From NCBI RefSeq assembly GCF_009914755.1, contig NC_060935.1: a stretch of 64,000 nucleotides of DNA; one strand, given 5' to 3'. Positions 56,261 to 64,000 of the stretch are shown here, piece after piece. The position numbers and the translations under genes are program-made. Positions within the stretch are counted from its first letter, which is position 1, and each line of letters starts with the position of its first letter. A model generated the notes under the pieces. The model did not search any database and was not told the origin of the DNA. It saw only the letters and a list, made by a program, of their open reading frames with translations. This DNA is from the human T2T-CHM13v2.0 reference genome, Homo sapiens.

Positions 56261-57084
56261 AGGATCACTCTATTTGTTCTGGATGCACAGCCTCCCTGAG
56301 GATGCTCTTTTCCTCGGGATGCTCTTTTCCTCGGGATTTCTAGTATCATCATTCTTGTGACTACTATCCACACCCTTCAGAAAAGCCATCATTTTCTCCT
56401 GGATTAATCTCTTTCTTGAATTTTGAATTCCCCTAAAAGCCAAAACCTCCATTCTGTCAGGGCAGAACAGAGCCCCAATGTTTCTAAAGAAATAACTTAC
56501 AACCAGAAAGTATCAGTAAATTCCCTTTTCCATGTTGCTTCATTCTCTCAAGCATGCATGAAATTTAGCCTTAATAAGTGGTTATTGTCCACTTACTAAT
56601 AACTGCTTATGAAAACCATGCCTGGGGTCTGCGGTACAGGCATACAGCCCCAAGAACAGCTCCAACCTCCCCTTCACCTTCTCCTCCACCTGCTACCTAA
56701 CAGCCAAAGTCTGTGCTTCTCCAAGAGGACTGTAGGAACCGTTATCATTGCAGGAAAGGAGCCTGTCTAGGCTGCTTCTTCCAACTCCATCCCAGTAATG
56801 AACTTGACCCTAAGATGCAAGGCGTCTAATCCCTTGAACCCGCTTGAACCCGCTTGAACATATCTGCTGGACTGATGTCTTCTGCAGGTTGCAGATCCTG
56901 ACCATGGGCTGCATGTGCTGCCGGATGGAGGCAGGGCCATGCCCTGAGTGTTTTCTTCACATGGCACCAGTAGCGTTGTGTGTGATTTCTGATAAAATTG
57001 TAGAATAGCTAATGACATTTGACATTTGTTCAGAGTTTTGCAGTTCACAAAACATTTTCATATGTCAGTAAAAATAGCGAGGAT

Positions 57085-57770
57085 AATACTAACCATGTAT
57101 TGAATATGTATACTAAGTATTTTGTGTACATAATCTCAAAATTTTACATCAAGTATTACTGAGACTATTATCTACCAGTTTTACAGGTGGGTAAATTGAG
57201 GTTCAGACAGTGGCCTCTCCAAGGACACAAACTCATAGGAGGCAACTTTTGAAAGTGGCAAACTTGGGACGTTGCGCATATTCCTGATGCTGGTATAATC
57301 TTTTTGCCTCCGAAGGAAGCTAACTAAGTAGAAGCAAGAAGAGGACAGATCTGGGCCATATGAATGTTAGGAAACACTTCAGAACCACAGCTGAATGGTT
57401 GCTGTAGGAAGATTCTGCAGGCTCTGAGCAGCTCAGGAGCTGCTCATTCTCTTGCCTTCTCCAGGCTTCTTTAAGAGCTGGGGTTTGAAGTTTGCTGGCT
57501 AGAAGGGGTTGGAGAGAGAGATGCCCCTTCGATAGGACAGTCCCTAGCTCAGCATGATTGGTCACTTGAGTTTAGAGCTTTGCAAACACTGTTTTACTGA
57601 TTTCTCACAGCATTCTTGCAAGGCAGATATTACTCTCTATTTTACAAATGAGGAAACTGAGGCTCTCAGAGGTTAATGCTCAAGGATGCTTAGCTGATTC
57701 GTGGTAGACCCAGGATTTGTGTCCTGGCAAATTAGTCAGATTCTGCCCATGCATTTAATTACTGCACTAA
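57085..57770 (-). mobile_element. Two antisense MIRs (about 57085-57240 and 57570-57770)
   Basis: ttttacaggtgggtaaattgaggttcaga; ttttacaaatgaggaaactgaggctc. Confidence 0.75.
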
Positions 57771-58070
57771 ATGCAAATAAAGTTCTTACCACGGTGAATT
57801 GCCAGGTGAAAAGCTAGGGGACTGGAATATAGCAAGCACTCGATAACTTGTAATTATTATCTTATCAACAGAATTTCAGCTCATTGCAGGCAGGGACTGA
57901 CCATTTTGTATACATCTTTCTATGTCTCTAAGTGGACAGTGCAGGACAGAGCTGTTGATGCTTAATACTCACTGGCCATGATTACTTCAGAAGTAATAGC
58001 ATCCGTGGAGAAGGGTTGACGGTACGAGCACAGCACAGCTCACGGCATGTGATGTGGACATGTTTGGTGA

Positions 58071-58107
58071 TGATTGACAGCTCAGCTGTCCCATGGGAAC
58101 CCAGCTG
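58071..58107. promoter_or_regulatory. Candidate enhancer core: PBX/MEIS decamer, E-boxes and EBF palindrome
   Basis: TGATTGACAG 58071-58080, CAGCTG 58083-58088, TCCCATGGGA 58089-58098, CAGCTG 58102-58107. Confidence 0.5.
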
Positions 58108-58391
58108 GCCAGGCTGAGAGTCTAAGGCTCTCCAGGGAGTGGAAGAGCCTGGGAAAATCTGTGACGAGGAGCCGAAGGGTCATTTCCAGCTGTAAAAATT
58201 CTAAGATTTGGTTTCCAGAGAAAAGAGAGAGGATATGGGTTCACTGAGTTTGGAGACCTCAAAGTAACCACAGGGTTTTCTTAATTCTAGCAACCAGCCA
58301 TGGATTGCAGCAAGTCAAGGAGGCAGCAGGGACGCAGGAGAGACACAGAAAGCATTCGATGCCCCTTTAGGGAGGGAGTGTCCAAAAATGA

Positions 58392-58948
<557 letters not shown>

Positions 58949-59542
58949 TGGGTTCACTCTTTAACAAAGGGGAACTCCTAACGAATCAACACTTTTTGCC
59001 AAATACCCCATAGGTCAGACATCACTTTTGTCATGAAGTATGCAGACAACAGGTCAAATCAGAAAACCCGGGCAACTTTGAACAATCCACCTTAGCCAGA
59101 GAGGGACAAGAGCCAGCATTCCAGGCAAACACAGGGCACATGAGGTCCACCGAGAAACGATTTATTTGCTTTTGGTAATGGGCCTTCTCCGTCTTTAAAT
59201 GCTAGCAGCTAGAGTGAGTGAAAGGGATTTCTGAAAGGTTTGTTTTGGGGTGGGTTTGAAAGCTCCCCTCTCTTGCTCTGTTTTTCTTTTTAGGCAGCTT
59301 TGCACAAGGGGCAAGTCTCCTGCCAAAAGGCCTCGTAATGCCCCTCTTTAGGGACTGAATTTATCCGCTCAGCTGTCCCTTGTAAATTTATTCCTGTGTG
59401 AGATTTTCCCCAAACCATTCATTCCTCCGCTTAGCTCAGGCAGCTGGAATGCAGAAAAAAATACATTTTTTTCCCCCAAGAATGTGCCTTTGTGTGCTTG
59501 GAGGGGCTGGGCTAAGGAGAAAAGAAAACAATCATGTGCAAC

Positions 59543-59712
59543 GATGCACACACACACACACACACCGGACTGTGATGCACACACACACCGGACTATGATG
59601 CACGCACACGCACACACACACACACACACCGGACTATGATGCACACACACACCAGACTATGATGCACACACACACTGGGCTACAATACACATGTACATGC
59701 CAGGCTATGGTG

Positions 59713-59755
<43 letters not shown>

Positions 59756-59988
59756 CGAGCTATGATGCCCATGAACACACTGGGCTATGATGCACACACA
59801 CACACATCGATTTATGATGTACACACGCATGCTGAGCTATGATGCCTGCATGCACACATGTGCACACACACACACCAGGCTACGAAGCACACAGACACAC
59901 GGGGCTACAAGGCACATACACACACATAGGGCTATGCTATACACACACGCACCGAGCTAGGATGCACACGTACATGCCAGGCTACGGT

Positions 59989-60021
<33 letters not shown>

Positions 60022-60110
60022 GAGCTAGGATGCACACGTACATGCCAGGCTATGGTGCACGCACACACACACACACACACACACCGAGCTAGGATGCCCA
60101 TGCACACACT
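59543..60110. repeat. Compound minisatellite: [gatg(ca)n-ccggactat/ccgagctag] units
   Basis: About 20 degenerate units with variable (CA)n; higher-order duplicated blocks. Confidence 0.95.
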
Positions 60111-61002
60111 GCGCTACTAACAGCGCCGCCGGGGCTCGGGGCTGCCCTGGGCAGTGAGGGCGGCTAGGGCTTCCTGGCTCCCAGTGCCCAGTGTGTCTGT
60201 GGTGTGGGCTGCGGGCCCTCCACCCGGGACGTGGCCAGAGCAGCACCTCGCTGGTTGTTTCCACAGCAACATCACAGTTTCACTAGAATGGAAAGCCACA
60301 GCGGTTTGGAGCCAGGAGAGGCTTTCCAGCTGCATGTGTGCATGAGGGTCTGTGGGGAGAGGGGCGCTGGGAACTTTGACTTGATTTTTCCTTGAGTGAT
60401 TATGGTATCCCAGGCAGGTGAGGGCTGTGGCAGGAGCTGGAGGTGACATATGTGCTTAAGGAATTCAGGCTGCCTGAGGGGCAGGGAGAATTTTCCTGCA
60501 AGCCACGATGACTGAGGAGACCTGGGAGACTTGGCAGGGATGTGAGCCCACTGACCTCTCCATCCTTTGCGCGGCCATGATGTTTCTCTGCCACGATATC
60601 CCAGAACGTAGAGATGGTTGGAAGTTTAGCAGTGATGGCAGAAGAGTCAAGGACAGGAGTTTGCCCATTTTCTGGAACAACAACAGCAAAAACCAACCAT
60701 GTGCCACGGAGCAAAGAGATTCTGCGGGAAGGTCTACGAGCAAGAGATGAGAAGTCCGGGTGTGTGGCTGTCTGTTCCTCCAGCTGCAGTCCAGGCAGGC
60801 GGGATTCACCCCAGCACCCCAGTTACAGATTCACAACTATGTCCATAGCATTTTGCGAGGGTTTCTGCCAAGAACTTCTGCCCTGCCAAGAATCCAAGTA
60901 TTCTCTGAAAAACAGGCAAACAATTTGTAGAATCAATGAGCCTACAGCAGCCATCATTTTCTGCCTATGGAGTAGACACACTTTTTGGGTGCAGGTGCCA
61001 CC

Positions 61003-61320
61003 TTTTTTTTTTTTTTTTTTTTTTTTTGGAAGCAAGGTCTCACTCTGTCAGTCACCCAGGCTGGAGTGCAGGAGTGCAGTGGTGGGATCATAGCTCACTG
61101 CAGCCTTGAATTCTTGGACTCAAGTGATCCTCCTGCCTCAGCCTCCTAAGTAGGCAGGACTACAGGCATGCACCACCACATCTGACTAATTTATTTTTTA
61201 TTTTTTGTAGAGACAGGGTCTCACTATGTTGCCCAGGCTGGTCTTGAACTCCTGGCCTTAACAGAGCCTCCCACCTCAGGCTCTCCAGGTGCTGGCATTA
61301 CAGGTGTGAACTGCCGGCTA
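61003..61320 (-). mobile_element. AluJ
   Basis: tagctcactgcagccttgaa, gtctcactatgttgcccagg; TSD ca(g/a)gtgccac. Confidence 0.95.
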
Positions 61321-62034
61321 ACAAGTGCCACTTTTATCCCTGCAGCACAAGAAGATTTGGGGAACTTAAAATGTTGTTCTGATTTTTCTTATATTTCCAA
61401 GCGCCTGCCATGAGCCTGCTGGCCAGAGCTAACCCGTGTGGCTGTGGTTTCAGGAACACATCACTGCTTCTAGTTTGAGCTCCTTATTTGCCACTGGGTT
61501 GATGGGATCCGATTGACTGTAGGCTACGCCCAGGAAGAGGCAAAAAAGAAATGGATGATGAAGACTTTGTCTTTAGGGAGTTGGCTGTCTTATGGGGAAG
61601 ATGGTAGGAGCTGAAAGGCAACATCAGACTGGAGAACAAGTTAGAAAGTGGTGAGTCACAGGTTTCCCAAGCTTCCCGGACCTGTTCAGGAAATGTGGTG
61701 TGGCTGGGGTTCCGCCTTTCTCATAAGCTCCGAGTAAAGCCAATACAGCTGATCCACTGGCCACTCTGAAAAGCAAGGAGCTAGAACAGTCACCCAATGG
61801 GCCAGGGAGGCATTTTTGCCTCCCTGGAGATGGCAGAATGGGTAATACTCTCAATATAACTTTCCTGCCATTGTTCACGGGCAAGATGGTAGCTTCTTTT
61901 TTGTAAGCCTGTCTTTCCGGGTCTTGCCCTCCCGGAAACACTAAGCAGTTCAAATACCCATTGTCAATTTCAGCATGCCATCCCTTGGAATGAATGGGTT
62001 TAAGGGCAACTACAGTTTGTTCCTGAAACTGCAG

Positions 62035-62215
62035 TATCACTAATGGCTAAGAGCACTTGACATTAGTCAGACCTGGATTTGTCCTGGCTCCCCCACTTAT
62101 ATGGCCATGCAGACTTGAAGAAGTTACCTGTTCTCCTATCAACTTAATTTCCTCAACTGTACAGACTAAATGTAATAATATGTGTGAAGCATTCAATTAA
62201 CATCAGCTATTATCA
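62035..62215 (+). mobile_element. MIR
   Basis: aatggctaagagcac...agtcagacctggattt...ccccactta. Confidence 0.7.
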
Positions 62216-62254
62216 TGACTGGTTGTGAAATAATTGATGCATATCATAAGTCAT

Positions 62255-62530
62255 GAGCTGCAGGTCCAGGGGCCACATCTGCCATTCCCCAGATGGGTTT
62301 AATTTGGCCTGTACCGTGTTTTAAATAACGTTGAGTTTGTTGCCAACATTTTAAAATTGGGAAATTTCACATAAAAATCTGAATTTGGGGCTTATATTGA
62401 AAAATCATTAGCTCTGACAAACCTGGCACCAATTTCTTGCGTGGTAACAGTGGGTTAGCACTGGGGCTGAGCAGGGCTGGAAACTTTCCATGGCATCTGC
62501 ACCTCCAGTTCACCATCGCCCAGTCCTCTC
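62255..62530. mobile_element. MER102-like hAT-Charlie element
   Basis: ttgccaacattttaaaattgggaaatttcacataaaaatctgaattt...tgaaaaatc. Confidence 0.7.
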
Positions 62531-64000
62531 TTTGTGATACCTTCTCTCTGTGGACATATGTCCTTGGGTCCCACATCTATAGGGTCCCGTATGACTCTAG
62601 AATTCTAGCTATTTCGGCTCACTGGTATGTAGTAACGGCTTCTGGAACTCAACAAGAAAATGCAAGGATTATCTTGCCAACAATGCTTCTACTGCTTAAA
62701 TGAAAGAAATCTGGTAGTTCTTCTCTGAGATCCAACAGAGCCGGTGCATTTATTGCTCTCAGTGGTATGTCTGGGGACCAGAACCCGCTGGCTCTAGAAA
62801 GTGCCCCTCGCCCATCCCTGCCCATGGGTTGCATCAGCAGCGTGTCTTCTTTGTTCTCTCCCTGAAGGGTAGGATGCTCATGACCTTGGCCTTGCAGTTT
62901 GGGTGGGTGCACCTCCTGTCCTGGTGCTGACATCTGGATGATTTATGAACATCATTACCCTTTCACTGGACTCTTACTCTTCGGAGTCTTCAGAGCTGCC
63001 TGGGCCTAGCGCCCAAGAAGTTTGCTCCTTGCATCAATGGCGATGCTAGACATATTCTACTGGCTGTGGCCCAAAGGTACTCCTGGTGCCTGTGTGGGAA
63101 GGGCCACGATGGGAAGAATGCTCCTTGCTCGCTCTCATTCTCCCAGCTTTTTATTTTTTATAGGCTGGAGGTGGAACTGTAAGAGCAGAGAGGAGGAGAA
63201 GGCTCACCATGAAGACAAAAGAAGTCCTGAGCCTTGGATTTTCTTCCTCTAGGGCTTTGTGGACCCACAGATTGGTAGAAGTTCTGTGAGGGCTGACTTC
63301 TCCCCATCTGTCCCAGATGGATCCCTTAAGGTGGGTGAGCCCTGGGGAGGTACTGGGTCTGCTTGTGGAGAGAATTCTCAGGGGTCAGGCCTGAAAGAGC
63401 TCATGCGGCTGTTCCTGCGGGTGGGTCAGTTTCTCTGGTGCATAATGAATAATGCTGCATGGGTTCTGGACTGTCCCCGTCCCCGGTGGAGGGTTTCAGT
63501 ATTCTTGCAGGCTCTTGGTTGTGTGGATAGTGAGAAACAGTGGGTCTGCTCTTGGGAAATGTGCTCTAATGACTCTTTACCTACATGTCGAATTCTCTAA
63601 CCTTGGGGACAGATGCACCATGAATTTGGTTTTGTAGGTTTGTGTATGAAGGTGGATAACAGACTTGTTAAAAGAGCTTTGAAATTCCTGCCATAACCTC
63701 TAAATAGTGGGAGTAGAGCAACCAAATTCTCTGAAGAGATGAGGAAAATACCCCTTTGGGCAGAGTCAAGCTTGCTATTCTTTAAATTCCTTCAGCTGGC
63801 TCAATAGGAGAGGAAGGGACAGCCAGAAGTCATAGGTCGTTTTCTGGAGGTTTGATAGCCTGAAGGTAATCCTCTCGTGTGTTCCCTCACCTAAAGATGA
63901 AGAATTTTCGTGTACTAGAAGTTGGGTTTACTAATCCTGTAGCTCTGGAAATGAATGGCCTTGCCTTCTCTAACTGTCCAGCTACCTGGCATCATGTAGA

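Noticed and set aside
59543-60110. Repeat-spacer appearance reminiscent of a CRISPR array
   Set aside because: Eukaryotic DNA, the variable parts are (CA)n rather than unique spacers, and there are no cas genes.

Overview
This is primate (human-like) non-coding DNA, intronic or intergenic, and heavily made of transposable elements. It contains about a dozen Alu elements or fragments plus FLAM monomers, nested L1 fragments of many ages, a near full-length HAL1, MaLR solo LTRs (THE1, MLT1), L2, L3/CR1, MIR and hAT/mariner MITEs. I recognise no known protein-coding gene, RNA gene or CRISPR array. Most listed ORFs are Alu- or L1-derived, low-complexity, or chance. The noteworthy signals fall into three groups. 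(1) Rearrangement fossils: an Alu-L1 fusion without a poly(A), an internally deleted or spliced L1 with a target-site duplication (TSD), a fold-back hairpin in an L1 3' UTR, a locally templated insertion, and a MADE1 with symmetric arm changes. (2) Candidate regulatory modules: RFX+FOX at about 12.3 and 50.3 kb, PBX/MEIS+E-box+EBF at 58.07 kb, and a TGCACAC minisatellite next to a CpG-rich first-exon-like segment at 59.5-60.4 kb. (3) Several splice-site-bounded candidate exons that may belong to unannotated lncRNA or microprotein transcripts. I cannot support a novel biological system with confidence. Repeat subfamily names come from recalled consensus sequences, and boundaries are approximate unless a TSD is quoted.
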